From an uncultured Planctomycetota bacterium (GTDB lineage Bacteria > Planctomycetota > Planctomycetia > Isosphaerales > Isosphaeraceae): a stretch of 64,000 bases of DNA. The DNA lies in contig CAWJTV010000023.1 of the NCBI GenBank assembly GCA_963845755.1, forward strand, positions 32,001-96,000. The letters run 5' to 3'. Below, piece by piece: positions 33,690 to 43,352 of the stretch. Positions within the stretch are counted from its first letter, which is position 1, and each line of letters starts with the position of its first letter. The position numbers and the translations under genes were made by a program. The notes beneath the pieces are model-generated. The model saw nothing but the letters and a program-made list of their open reading frames with translations, was not told the origin of the DNA and searched no databases.

Positions 33690-34727
33690 ATGAACTGGCT
33701 ACTGCACAACGTGATTGCCGACCTGTACGGGCCGTACTTCCTGGTGTTCTACGCCATGGCGATCGTGGCATTGGTTGTGGCCTGTTACAGGTCGGTCCGA
33801 AGCCTAGACCGCACGAACGACCTGGAACCGCCGGAGATCCCCGCCAAACTCGACCCTTACGAGATCGCCTACCTGCGCGGCGGGGAAAATGAAGTGACGC
33901 GCGTCGCCATCGCGTCCTTGATCCAGCGCGGATTGCTGCAAATCACCGAGAAGAAGCATCGGCTGTCAACCACCAAGGAGATCGATAAAGGCCGCAAGCC
34001 GGCACCCGGAGAGCTGTGGCGGATCGAAGCCTCCGTGCTGAAATGGTCGGGATTCCCGGCCGCTCCCCCGCAGATCTTCCAGGCTGGTGGTATACCCGCC
34101 CTGGTCAAGGAGGAGTGCGTCCTCTATGAGGATGACCTTGCCGAGGATGACATGTTTGCCCCGCCGGAGATGAAGGAGCTTGGTGCCCGACTCTGTGGGA
34201 TCGGTGCCACACTGATCCTCGGGCTCGGCGGGTACAAGTTGGCTGTCGCCCTCGCCAGAGGCCACTATAACCTGATGTTCCTGATCCTCCTCGCGATCGT
34301 CGGAGTCATCGCGCTGGCCGTCGCTTGCCTGGCCCTTCCGCGTCTCAGCCACCGGGGCAAGGCGTATCTCGAACGGCTGAAACTCGCCTATGACGGACTG
34401 AAGAGCCAGGTTCATCCGGTCGGCAGCCAGAACTCCTCCCTGACCTGGGCCGCCGATCCGGGGGCCCGAGGAAGGCTGCAAAACGCCCCGGCGTATTCCG
34501 ACTGCCTGCTGATGGTCGGGATCTTCGGGATGGCCTCACTGGCGGACACACCGCTGTCCGACCTGACTGCAATGTTCAAGCGAGGCACGTCGAACACAGG
34601 GGGATGTAGCGGAGGTTGTGGCGGCGGGGGCGGAGGTTGTGGCGGCGGGGGCGGCGGTTGTGGCGGCGGAGGCGGAGGTTGTGGCGGCGGAGGTTGTGGC
34701 GGCGGCTGCGGTGGCTGCGGAGGCTGA
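33690..34727 (+). CDS. TIGR04222-domain membrane protein with Gly/Cys-rich C-terminal tail
   Basis: GGAGG RBS; GPYFL...LDPYEIAYLRGG; TM helices; tail GGCSGGCGGGGGGC...CGGCGG. Confidence 0.88.
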   Translation: MNWLLHNVIADLYGPYFLVFYAMAIVALVVACYRSVRSLDRTNDLEPPEIPAKLDPYEIAYLRGGENEVTRVAIASLIQRGLLQITEKKHRLSTTKEIDKGRKPAPGELWRIEASVLKWSGFPAAPPQIFQAGGIPALVKEECVLYEDDLAEDDMFAPPEMKELGARLCGIGATLILGLGGYKLAVALARGHYNLMFLILLAIVGVIALAVACLALPRLSHRGKAYLERLKLAYDGLKSQVHPVGSQNSSLTWAADPGARGRLQNAPAYSDCLLMVGIFGMASLADTPLSDLTAMFKRGTSNTGGCSGGCGGGGGGCGGGGGGCGGGGGGCGGGGCGGGCGGCGG

Positions 34728-34731
34728 GCCC

Positions 34732-35565
34732 ATGAACCGCGACCGACTGGTGCTTGGGGTTGGGATCGGGTTCCGTGAGCCGTTCCTCGCCGAGCTGTTT
34801 CGCCACCGTGACCGCGTCGATTTCCTGGAGATCACGGCCGACCATTACTTCGATGCTCCGTCGGAGAAGCGGGCTGAGCTGGATCTGCTCGCCGGGCACT
34901 TCCCGATCATCCCGCATGGCCTGGACCTCTCATTGGGGAGCGCCGAGGGGATCGACGACGACTATCTGTCGTCGATGGCCGACATCGTCGCGCGACTGGA
35001 TCCGCCCTGGTGGAGCGAGCACATCGCCTTCACCCGCGCCGGGGGCATACCGATCGGACACCTCGCCCCCCTGCCTTGGACTCGCGAGGCCGTCAACGTC
35101 GTCGTCCGCAATATCGAGCAAGTGCGTCGGCGAATCCAGACCCCGCTAATCCTCGAGAACATCACGACAACGATGATCGTGCCGGGGAGCGAGATGGATG
35201 AGGTCGAGTTCCTCACGACGGTTCTGGACCAGACGGGATGTGGATTGCTCTGCGACGTGACAAACCTCTACACCAACGCGGTCAACCATGGGCAGGATCT
35301 CGACGACCTTCTTGCGCGGTGGCCGTGGGATCGGGTGATGCAGCTCCACTTCGCGGGGGGCAACTGGCACGATGGGACGCTGATCGACAGTCACGCCCAC
35401 CCGACGCCTCCGGAGGTCTGGGCGGTACTGGAGGCCGCCGTGATGCGGGCGCCGGTCCGCGGGATCATCCTGGAACGCGACGAGAACCTGCCGCCATTCG
35501 CCGAGCTGCTGGCCGAGCTCGAGCAGGCGCGAGTGATCGGGAGACGACACGGGCGATGGGCCTAG
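34732..35565 (+). CDS. DUF692 family multinuclear non-heme iron oxidative enzyme (MNIO)
   Basis: GIGFR, FLEITADH, HGLDLSLGS, WSEHIAF, LENI, DVTNLY, LHFAG, IDSHAH and LERD motifs. Confidence 0.93.
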   Translation: MNRDRLVLGVGIGFREPFLAELFRHRDRVDFLEITADHYFDAPSEKRAELDLLAGHFPIIPHGLDLSLGSAEGIDDDYLSSMADIVARLDPPWWSEHIAFTRAGGIPIGHLAPLPWTREAVNVVVRNIEQVRRRIQTPLILENITTTMIVPGSEMDEVEFLTTVLDQTGCGLLCDVTNLYTNAVNHGQDLDDLLARWPWDRVMQLHFAGGNWHDGTLIDSHAHPTPPEVWAVLEAAVMRAPVRGIILERDENLPPFAELLAELEQARVIGRRHGRWA

Positions 35566-36185
35566 CCGAGGTTCAGGGGGTTCTGGCACGACTCTCCATC
35601 GACCCGGTGCTGAGAGATCGGTTCTTCGACGACCCGACGGCCGTCGGCGTCCCCCTGGGGCTCGATGTCGGAGAGGCGCTGAGCCTGGCCCGGATTCCCC
35701 GCGTACAGGTCGAGCAGTTCGCCCAATCGCTCCGGCGCAAGCGGCGGGACCAGGTGCGCCGCGCCGTCCCGATTACCGCGCGAGCTTTGGGCCGAGAGTA
35801 CGCCGTGCTTTTCGAGCGTTATGCCGATGAGTCGCCGCCGCGCGGTTCGACGGCCAGCCTCGACGACGCGGCCGGTTTCGTCGCCGCGATCGGTCGATGG
35901 GCCGAGCGAGTCGACCCGCCGTGGGCCGCTGACCTGGCCCGCTACGAGCTGGCCTGGCGACAGGCCGCGCGGGCCGGCCGTGTCCCGATCGTGAGGATGT
36001 TCCGATTTGCCGTTGCGAGCCTGGCGACAGGCCGGGAGCCGGAGCCCGTCGCGCGCCGGGCAACCCTCGCACTGTGGTGGAGGGCGACCCGGCGCGGTCA
36101 CATCCGGCACATCGCCATCAGCATGCCACGGCTAGGAGTCTCGCTCAGTAAGAAACGGTCCGAGAAGCGGATCCGGGGTTTGTAG
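35556..36185 (+). CDS. MNIO partner-like protein
   Basis: Overlaps the DUF692 stop; LRRKR...VRRAVP...F..Y...DLARYE pattern typical of DUF692 neighbours. Confidence 0.7.
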   Translation: MGLAEVQGVLARLSIDPVLRDRFFDDPTAVGVPLGLDVGEALSLARIPRVQVEQFAQSLRRKRRDQVRRAVPITARALGREYAVLFERYADESPPRGSTASLDDAAGFVAAIGRWAERVDPPWAADLARYELAWRQAARAGRVPIVRMFRFAVASLATGREPEPVARRATLALWWRATRRGHIRHIAISMPRLGVSLSKKRSEKRIRGL

Positions 36186-36241
36186 GGTGGGTGAAACCCA
36201 CCAGAATCGGGACACTTCCTGGTGGGTTTCACCCACCCTAC
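36182..36241. repeat. GTAG-type REP doublet
   Basis: GTAGGGTGGGTGAAACCCACC ... GGTGGGTTTCACCCACCCTAC between convergent genes. Confidence 0.9.
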
Positions 36242-36269
36242 AAGATTCTCGGATAGTTTCTAAGAGAAG

Positions 36270-38246
36270 TCAGCGTTGATCGAGCGCGACGCCGGCCGCC
36301 GGCTTGTCGCCGGCCAGCAGCTTCTCGAGCTGGCGCTCGACCTCGGCCGAGGTCCGGAGGTTGCGGTTGACCACCTTCCCCTGGGCATCGATGAGGAACA
36401 TGGTCGGCACGGAGGTGATCCCATACTCGATGGCCAGGCGCGTTTCCATTCCGCCGCCCTCGAAGATCTGCGGCCAGGCGATCGGGTTGGCCTTGAGGAA
36501 CGCATCGACATCGGCGCGCTCGTTATCGAGATTCACCCCGATGACCTCAAGACCGCGGGGCTGGTATTTCTCGAACGCCTTGATCAGACCGGGCAGATCC
36601 GCCTTGACCGGAGTGGCCCAACTGGCCCAGAACACGACCAGGACCGTCTTGCCGCGGGACTGGGTCGAGTCGATCGTCTCGCCTTGCAGGCCCGCCCCCT
36701 TGATGGCGAAGGACTTGCCGACCAGGTCGATCCGACGCAGCGAGCCGGCCGCTTTCTTGGCCGCGTTGGTGCCGGGATAAGATTCCACGACCTTGGCATA
36801 CTGATCGTGAGCCTCCTTCTCCTCGGCGTTGTACTCATTGGCGCTGGCGAGCTGGAGGAGGACCTCGGGCGCTTCGTCCGATTGCGGGAACTTGGTCAGG
36901 AAATCCTGAAGGTCCGCCATCCACGCCTTCTGGTTGGCCAGGACGTTGGCACCGGGCTCGTCGTTCTTGAGAGCGAAGTCGGCGCCGATGAGGCTGTACG
37001 CGGAGTAGGCGCCGACCTTGCCCCCTTTGTCGACGAGGGTTGTCAGCACCTTCCGACCCTGCGGATAAGCCCCGGTGCGCAGCGCGGCGACCAGGCTGTC
37101 AACGACCTGCTTCTGATAGCTCAGTTGGTCTTCGGCGGTCTTCAACAACTTGAGGACTGCATTCAGGAGCGGGACACGGCCAACGTGGTACCGCGCGATC
37201 TCGCGACGATCACCGCTCTGGAGCAAACCCGCGTTCTTGCCGTCGTAGTCGGCCAGGGCCTTGAGGGCCGCGTCCACGGCTTCGTCGCGCGGCTGGATGT
37301 TGTTCGCACGTTCGAAGAGCATGGCGCGGACGCCGCTCACCGAAGCCACCACCGGCTTCTCGGGATCGATGGCGCCGGGAAGCTCGACGAACTTCCAGGC
37401 CGCGCCCAGTTTGATCATGTCGGGGATTTGAAGGAAGGCGACCTTGGGTGGTGCGGCAGCGGCGTTCGCCTGGCCGGCCGCGAGACCGGGGAAGATCATC
37501 GCGTTTTCGTAGAGCGTCACGTCCTTCTCCAGGCCGCTGCTCGGGTCGGCGGGGATCACGTGGGGGAGCGTCCCGTCGAACCGGTTCCAGACGGTCTGGG
37601 CATTCCAGCCGACCAGTCCCTTCAAGAGGGCGCCGACCTTCTCGGCACGTGCCGAGGCCGACGCGGCGACCTTATCGGCCACCTCCTTGGGGAATCCCGC
37701 ATCCCGGATCTCAGCCGAGGTCGCCATGACCGTCTCGAGGAGTGAGAGGTCGCCGTTGGCCTGAGCCTGGACCAGGCCCTGGACGAAGACCTTCGAGGCT
37801 TCCTCTGCGGAGATTTGCCTCCACCTGGCAACCTTCCCCTGGGTGATCTCCGCGATCCGCGTACCGCCGGCATTGAGCCACCGCGCCTCGTCCGGCCGCA
37901 TGTCGCGGTTCACGTCGTTCTCCCGGTAGACCTCGAATCCGTCCTGATAGTAGCTCCACTGATCCAGACGGTTGTCCCCGTCGTTATCGACGTAACGCCG
38001 CAGCAGCTTCCCCTGCCCGTCGCGTAATGCGTAGCCGATGCTGCGATTCTGCACGACGACCGTCTCCACCTTGCACGCGTTGATCGCAGCCGGATCCGTG
38101 GGCGTGTCATATTCGACACCGGGAAGTGTCGGCCGGAAGTTCAGCAGCGCGCTCGGGGGCTTATTGTTCGCCTGGGCCATCGCCGCTACCGGCGCCAGGA
38201 CCATGAGCCAGCAGAAAACGGTCACGGAGCACCGAAGACTCCGCAT
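36270..38246 (-). CDS. exported protein with TPR-like region and C-terminal TlpA-like thioredoxin domain lacking CxxC
   Basis: Signal peptide; GKTVLVVFWASWATPV; GVNLD; YGITSVPTMFLIDAQGKV. Confidence 0.88.
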   Translation of the reverse strand: MRSLRCSVTVFCWLMVLAPVAAMAQANNKPPSALLNFRPTLPGVEYDTPTDPAAINACKVETVVVQNRSIGYALRDGQGKLLRRYVDNDGDNRLDQWSYYQDGFEVYRENDVNRDMRPDEARWLNAGGTRIAEITQGKVARWRQISAEEASKVFVQGLVQAQANGDLSLLETVMATSAEIRDAGFPKEVADKVAASASARAEKVGALLKGLVGWNAQTVWNRFDGTLPHVIPADPSSGLEKDVTLYENAMIFPGLAAGQANAAAAPPKVAFLQIPDMIKLGAAWKFVELPGAIDPEKPVVASVSGVRAMLFERANNIQPRDEAVDAALKALADYDGKNAGLLQSGDRREIARYHVGRVPLLNAVLKLLKTAEDQLSYQKQVVDSLVAALRTGAYPQGRKVLTTLVDKGGKVGAYSAYSLIGADFALKNDEPGANVLANQKAWMADLQDFLTKFPQSDEAPEVLLQLASANEYNAEEKEAHDQYAKVVESYPGTNAAKKAAGSLRRIDLVGKSFAIKGAGLQGETIDSTQSRGKTVLVVFWASWATPVKADLPGLIKAFEKYQPRGLEVIGVNLDNERADVDAFLKANPIAWPQIFEGGGMETRLAIEYGITSVPTMFLIDAQGKVVNRNLRTSAEVERQLEKLLAGDKPAAGVALDQR

Positions 38247-38664
38247 GGGTGTCTCCTTTCGCAGCTTTTCGAATTCCAGGTTTCCGGATTCCAGATTCCA
38301 GATTCCAGATTGCCTCAACTGGGTTCTCTCGGCTGTTACAGTCCCCCTGGTAATTCTTACCAGGAATGACTGCCGATCGTTGTCAAATCGCCAAAGCCCT
38401 GTCAAGCCGCACGACGAACACGATCGCCCTGACCGTTCTCATCGGCAATTCCGATCGCCCGTCTCAAATCGTTGGCAACGGAACCCAATTCCGCGGGATT
38501 GTCCCCGCATGGATTCTCGATAGCCGGCCAGGTACTGGCCAGGGCCGCTTGCTTCTGCAAGGAATGGACCAATCGTCGTGGCAATCGGCTGCGACGTGGC
38601 GTGGGGCAAGAAAAGACCGACGGCTCCCGGGCCGCCGACTCTCCATTCATCCGAGAGACCCATC

Positions 38665-39780
38665 ATGAACGGCAGATCCGCTTCGAGAATCGGAAGCCTG
38701 GTTGTCCTCATCGGCTGGACCACATTGGGTACGGGTCAGGACGCTGACCAAACCACTCCCCCACGGGCGCCGTCGTATCCGGATCACACCCGGCTGCTGG
38801 TCGTCCGCGACGGTGCGGGACGCGAGCAGCCGGTCGGCGGGCGGCCGGACTGGGAGGTCCGACGCGCCCACATCCTGGCCCACTTCCAGGACGTCGCCGG
38901 CCCGCTCCCCGGCGGCGAGCGCCGGGTCCCGCTCGACATGCGGATCGATTCGACACAACAGGATCAGGGCTTCGTCCGCAAGAAGATCACGTTCGCCTCC
39001 GAACCAGGGGACCGTGTCCCGGCCTGGCTGTTGATCCCCGATCCACCGGGGGCGGCCGAGTCGCGACGTCCCGCCATGCTCTGCCTCCACCAGACCGTCG
39101 CGATCGGCAAGGACGAACCTGTTGGGCTCGGCGGCAAGCCGGACCTGCGTTACGCGATGGAGCTGGCCCGACGCGGCTACGTCGCGCTGGCGCCGGACTA
39201 TCCCAATTTCGGCGAGTACCAGATTGACGTTTACAAGTTGGGATATGCCAGTGCCACGATGAAGGCGATCTGGAACAACCTCCGGGCCGTCGATCTCCTC
39301 TGCAGTTTGAAGGAGGTTGACCCGGATCGGATCGGCGTGATCGGCCACTCACTTGGCGGCCACAATGCGATCTTCACGGCGCTCTTCGAGCCCCGGATCC
39401 AGGCCGTCGTGTCGTCCTGCGGCTTCAACGCCTTCCCATCCTACTACAAGGGGAACGTCGCCGGCTGGTCGCACAAGGGTTATATGCCCCGGCTCCGCGA
39501 AACCTATCAGCTCGACCTGCAGAAAGTCCCTTTCGACTTCCCCGAGCTTATCGGTGCGCTCGCCCCCCGGGCGTTCTTCGCCAACTCGCCCGTGCACGAC
39601 GCCAACTTCGAAGTCGAAGGCGTGCGGGTCTGCATCACGGCGGCCCAGCCGGTCTACGCCCTCTTTGGAGTCCCCAATCGCTTGACCGCCGTCTATCCCG
39701 ACGCCCAGCATACCTTCCCGCAAGACGTTCGGATCCGGGCCTATGAGTTCCTCGACCGCCAGTTGCGCAAGGCTCCGTGA
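38665..39780 (+). CDS. alpha/beta hydrolase (dienelactone hydrolase-like)
   Basis: LCLHQT; GHSLGG nucleophile elbow; C-terminal HTFP. Confidence 0.9.
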   Translation: MNGRSASRIGSLVVLIGWTTLGTGQDADQTTPPRAPSYPDHTRLLVVRDGAGREQPVGGRPDWEVRRAHILAHFQDVAGPLPGGERRVPLDMRIDSTQQDQGFVRKKITFASEPGDRVPAWLLIPDPPGAAESRRPAMLCLHQTVAIGKDEPVGLGGKPDLRYAMELARRGYVALAPDYPNFGEYQIDVYKLGYASATMKAIWNNLRAVDLLCSLKEVDPDRIGVIGHSLGGHNAIFTALFEPRIQAVVSSCGFNAFPSYYKGNVAGWSHKGYMPRLRETYQLDLQKVPFDFPELIGALAPRAFFANSPVHDANFEVEGVRVCITAAQPVYALFGVPNRLTAVYPDAQHTFPQDVRIRAYEFLDRQLRKAP

Positions 39781-39853
39781 TACCGGCATGCGATAGTGGT
39801 GTTCCCTCCCGCTCAGGCTCGGCAGTATACTCGGATTCGAGGAGGCCATAACC

Positions 39854-40270
39854 ATGACAACCGTCACTCGCGAACAGCGCCAGGCCATCAAGCAGGCCGG
39901 TGGCCAGGCGGTCCGGATCGAAGACCCGGAAGAACACGGGGCTTATGTCTTGCTCACGGAGGAAGCCTATCAACGGTTGCAGCAACTCGGCGAGATAGGG
40001 CAGGCTCCACTCCCCGCAATCCCCGAGGGTATCCTTCGCTCTCAGGATGCGTTCTTCCGCGATCTCCCCGAGTTGCTCAAGGACGTGTCGCTGCTCGGCA
40101 AGTGGATCGGCTATCACGGAAGTGAGCGGATCGGCATAGCGTCCGGAATGAAACCTCTGATCCAAGAGTGCTTGAGACGCGGGCTCGCTGACGATCAGTT
40201 CGATCTCTTCGTCATCGAACCCCAATCCAGAGACATCGAGGAGATAGAGATCGTCACACCCTGCGTATGA
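39854..40270 (+). CDS. hypothetical protein
   Basis: GGAGG RBS; FFRDLPELL...GKWIGYHG. Confidence 0.8.
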   Translation: MTTVTREQRQAIKQAGGQAVRIEDPEEHGAYVLLTEEAYQRLQQLGEIGQAPLPAIPEGILRSQDAFFRDLPELLKDVSLLGKWIGYHGSERIGIASGMKPLIQECLRRGLADDQFDLFVIEPQSRDIEEIEIVTPCV

Positions 40271-40337
40271 AGATCCTTGAACGACAACCGATCTCCGACC
40301 GACAGCGAGCGTCAAAGGGATTGAATGGGGCCGGACC

Positions 40338-40843
40338 ATGAGGATCCTCGATCGATCGCCGATCTCCAAATCAGGCTGGACCGTATCCACACCCGACGGT
40401 GAGGAGGTGGTCAAGTCCTACCAGATTGTTGTCCAGATCAGTATCGCCACGAGAACCGTCTTGGAACTCCCCGAAGATGCCCCGCGGATTCCGGCGATCT
40501 TGGACACAGGCAACAATCACAACTTTGCAATCCGACGGAGACACCTAGAACGGTGGTCATCCCTCGCCTTTCCCAGCAAAGGATGGATCGAAGTTGGCGG
40601 TTTCTTTGTTCCACTTCTCGCCGCGAATATCTGGATTCACCCGAATCGGGCAGGATCAGCCGATCTGAGCGGCCAGACGCCGTTCCTCTTGGGGATCAAG
40701 GAAGGCATCGCCGTTTATCCCCCACACATTCCCATCCCCGCTCGCCTCCCAATCCTCGGGCTGGCGCGATCATCCAAAATGGACTCAAAACCACGATCGA
40801 CGGCGCAACCCGAGAGCTAACCATGGAATCCGCCGATTCGTGA
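40338..40843 (+). CDS. retropepsin-like aspartic protease; frameshift at ~40762
   Basis: AILDTG and PILG motifs; C-terminus AIIQNGLKTTIDG in the shifted frame. Confidence 0.65.
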
Positions 40844-41033
40844 CGTCTCCGCCATCCGCATCACTCTGACGACTGTCAATTCATCTTCCCAAAGTGAGAC
40901 CGCTTGACAAACCGGGGGCGAAACGTACTCTACGACTTAGGACCTGACTCGACTGGCAGAGCCATCGACACCCCTCGGGACTGGCCGACTCTCTGACGAT
41001 CGAAACAACAGGATAGCAGCCACCCACCTCAAC

Positions 41034-42476
41034 ATGGATGAGGGCGCCATGGACCGACGCATCCTCGTGGTGGACGATAGCCAACTCGTTTGCCAGCAGC
41101 TTTCGCAATTGCTGGCGTCGACGGACCGTCAAATCACCGTCGCGCCGGACGGCACGGCGGCCCTGGAATGGTTGGTCGAGAACCGTTGTTCACTGGTGCT
41201 GACGGACCTTCGTCTGCCGGGGATCAGCGGGCTGGAGCTAATCCGGGAGATCCGCGAGCGCAAGCTGCCGGTCACGGTCATCGTGATGACCGGGCATGCC
41301 ACAGTCGAGGCGGCGGTTGAGGCGATGAAGTTGGGCGCTGATGACCTGATCCTCAAGCCGATCGATACGATCCGGCTGGAGATGGTGGTGAAGCAGGCGC
41401 TGGAGGATCGCCGCCTGATCGACGAGGTGGCCGACCTGCGGGGCCGGCTCCGGAAAAAGTACGCGTATCATAACCTGCTCGGCCGGAGCCCGCGGATGGC
41501 GGACATCTTCGATCGGGTGGATCGCGTGGCGTTGACGCCGTGCAACGTGCTGGTCACCGGCGAGACGGGCACGGGCAAGGAGCTGGTCGCCCAGGCGATC
41601 CACTTCAGCGACGTCACCCGCCGTGGGGCGCTGGTCGCGGTCAACTGTGCAGCTTTGCCCGAGCATCTGCTGGAGACCGAGCTCTTCGGCCATGAACGCG
41701 GAGCCTTCACCGGCGCCCAGCGCCAGAAGAAGGGCCGGTTCGAGCTCGCCGACGGCGGGACGCTCTTTCTCGACGAGATCGGGGAGATGCCCCTGGGCAT
41801 GCAGGCCAAGCTCTTGCGCGTCCTCCAGGACGGACGGTTCGAGCGGGTCGGTGGGACCGAACCGGTCGAGACCACGTGCCGCGTCATCGCCGCGACGAGC
41901 CTCAACCTCGCCGAGGCCGTCGGTGACCGCCGGTTCCGCGAGGATCTGTTCTATCGGCTCAACGTCTTCTCGATCGAGTTACCCCCGTTGCGCGACCGGC
42001 TGGAAGATATCCCGCTCCTCGTCAACCATTTCCTCGAGAAACTGGCCGAACGCGGTCTCCCGAACCGGACGGTCTCGCGCCTCGCGATGTCTCGACTCCT
42101 GAGCTTCGACTGGCCCGGCAACGTGCGTCAGCTCGAGCACGTCATCGAGCAGGCCGTGGTGATGACCTCCGGTCCGATCATCGAGCCGGATAACCTGCCT
42201 CCGCAGATCGTCGCCAGCCACGACGAGCCGTTCACGCTCGAATTCGACCACCGCCGCCCCCTGCCGGAAATCTGCGCCGAGTTCACCCGCCGGATCGAGT
42301 GTGCCTACCTCCAGCGCGTCCTGGAAAAACACCGCGGCCGGATCGAGCTGTGCGCCAGGCACTGCGGCCTCTCGCGCCGCAGCATCAGCGAGAAGCTTCG
42401 CCGCTATCAGATCGATAAGCGCGCCTACAAGCCACACACATCCCGGCGCAAGCAATTCGCGCTGGCGGGAGAGTGA
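41034..42476 (+). CDS. sigma-54-dependent response regulator (NtrC family)
   Basis: Receiver domain (VVDD, TDLRLPG); GETGTGKE, GAFTGA, FLDEI and WPGNVRQL motifs; C-terminal HTH. Confidence 0.95.
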   Translation: MDEGAMDRRILVVDDSQLVCQQLSQLLASTDRQITVAPDGTAALEWLVENRCSLVLTDLRLPGISGLELIREIRERKLPVTVIVMTGHATVEAAVEAMKLGADDLILKPIDTIRLEMVVKQALEDRRLIDEVADLRGRLRKKYAYHNLLGRSPRMADIFDRVDRVALTPCNVLVTGETGTGKELVAQAIHFSDVTRRGALVAVNCAALPEHLLETELFGHERGAFTGAQRQKKGRFELADGGTLFLDEIGEMPLGMQAKLLRVLQDGRFERVGGTEPVETTCRVIAATSLNLAEAVGDRRFREDLFYRLNVFSIELPPLRDRLEDIPLLVNHFLEKLAERGLPNRTVSRLAMSRLLSFDWPGNVRQLEHVIEQAVVMTSGPIIEPDNLPPQIVASHDEPFTLEFDHRRPLPEICAEFTRRIECAYLQRVLEKHRGRIELCARHCGLSRRSISEKLRRYQIDKRAYKPHTSRRKQFALAGE

Positions 42477-42552
42477 CGGATCCCGCCGAAAAACGAGGTG
42501 CCCGCAGTCGAGATACCGTCCGAGCCGCGGTCCAACACCGGGAAGCCACCCA

Positions 42553-43209
42553 GTGAGCGAGCTTTCGAAAAAGGCCCTGGGCGGGTTCGTCAAGTTTCAG
42601 ATGTTTCTGGCCCTGTTGCTGTTCCTGCCGGCCTGGTCGCTGCGCTACTGGGAGGCGTGGATCTACTGGTCGCTGTTCGCCGTCTCGGTTCTGGCCATCA
42701 CCGTGTATTTCCTGAGGCATGATCCGCGCTTGATCGAGCGGCGCCTCGAGGCCGGGCCGGGTGCCGAGCCGACCCGGAGCCAGCGGATCATCCAGTCCAT
42801 CACGAGCGTGTTCTTCTGTGCCCTGTTCGTCATCTCGGGGATCGACCACCGCCTCCACGGATCGAATCTGCCGGTCCCCGTCGTCCTCTCCGCGGATGGG
42901 CTGGTCTTGCTGGCGTTCCTCTTCGTCTTCCTCGTGTTCCGGGAGAATCGCCACACCGCGGGCATCGTCAAGGTCGAAGAAAACCAGCCGGTGATTTCGA
43001 CCGGCCCTTACCGACTGGTTCGCCACCCGATGTACGCGGCCTCGGTGCTCCTGTTCTTGTCCACACCGTTCGCACTCGGTTCGCCCTGGGCCCTCATCGT
43101 CGCGCTCCTGCTCTGCGGGGCGATCGTCGTCCGGTTGCGGGACGAAGAGCGGTTCCTTTCCGCCAACCTACCCGGTTATGACGCCTACTGCCGGCGGGTT
43201 CGCAGTTGA
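42553..43209 (+). CDS. isoprenylcysteine carboxylmethyltransferase family membrane protein
   Basis: VISTGPYRLVRHPMY; EERFL...GYDAY. Confidence 0.9.
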   Translation: MSELSKKALGGFVKFQMFLALLLFLPAWSLRYWEAWIYWSLFAVSVLAITVYFLRHDPRLIERRLEAGPGAEPTRSQRIIQSITSVFFCALFVISGIDHRLHGSNLPVPVVLSADGLVLLAFLFVFLVFRENRHTAGIVKVEENQPVISTGPYRLVRHPMYAASVLLFLSTPFALGSPWALIVALLLCGAIVVRLRDEERFLSANLPGYDAYCRRVRS

Positions 43210-43352
43210 CTCATACCCATGATCTGGTAATTCCCATGGGCCCCGCGCTCGTGTACGATGTTCGGGTTCCCACGGCAGGTTTTTCATTCAGGGCGCCCAC
43301 GCCGCCCCAGCCCTGGACGAGTTGTTCTAGAGGCTCCGAGGAGCCCGAGCCC

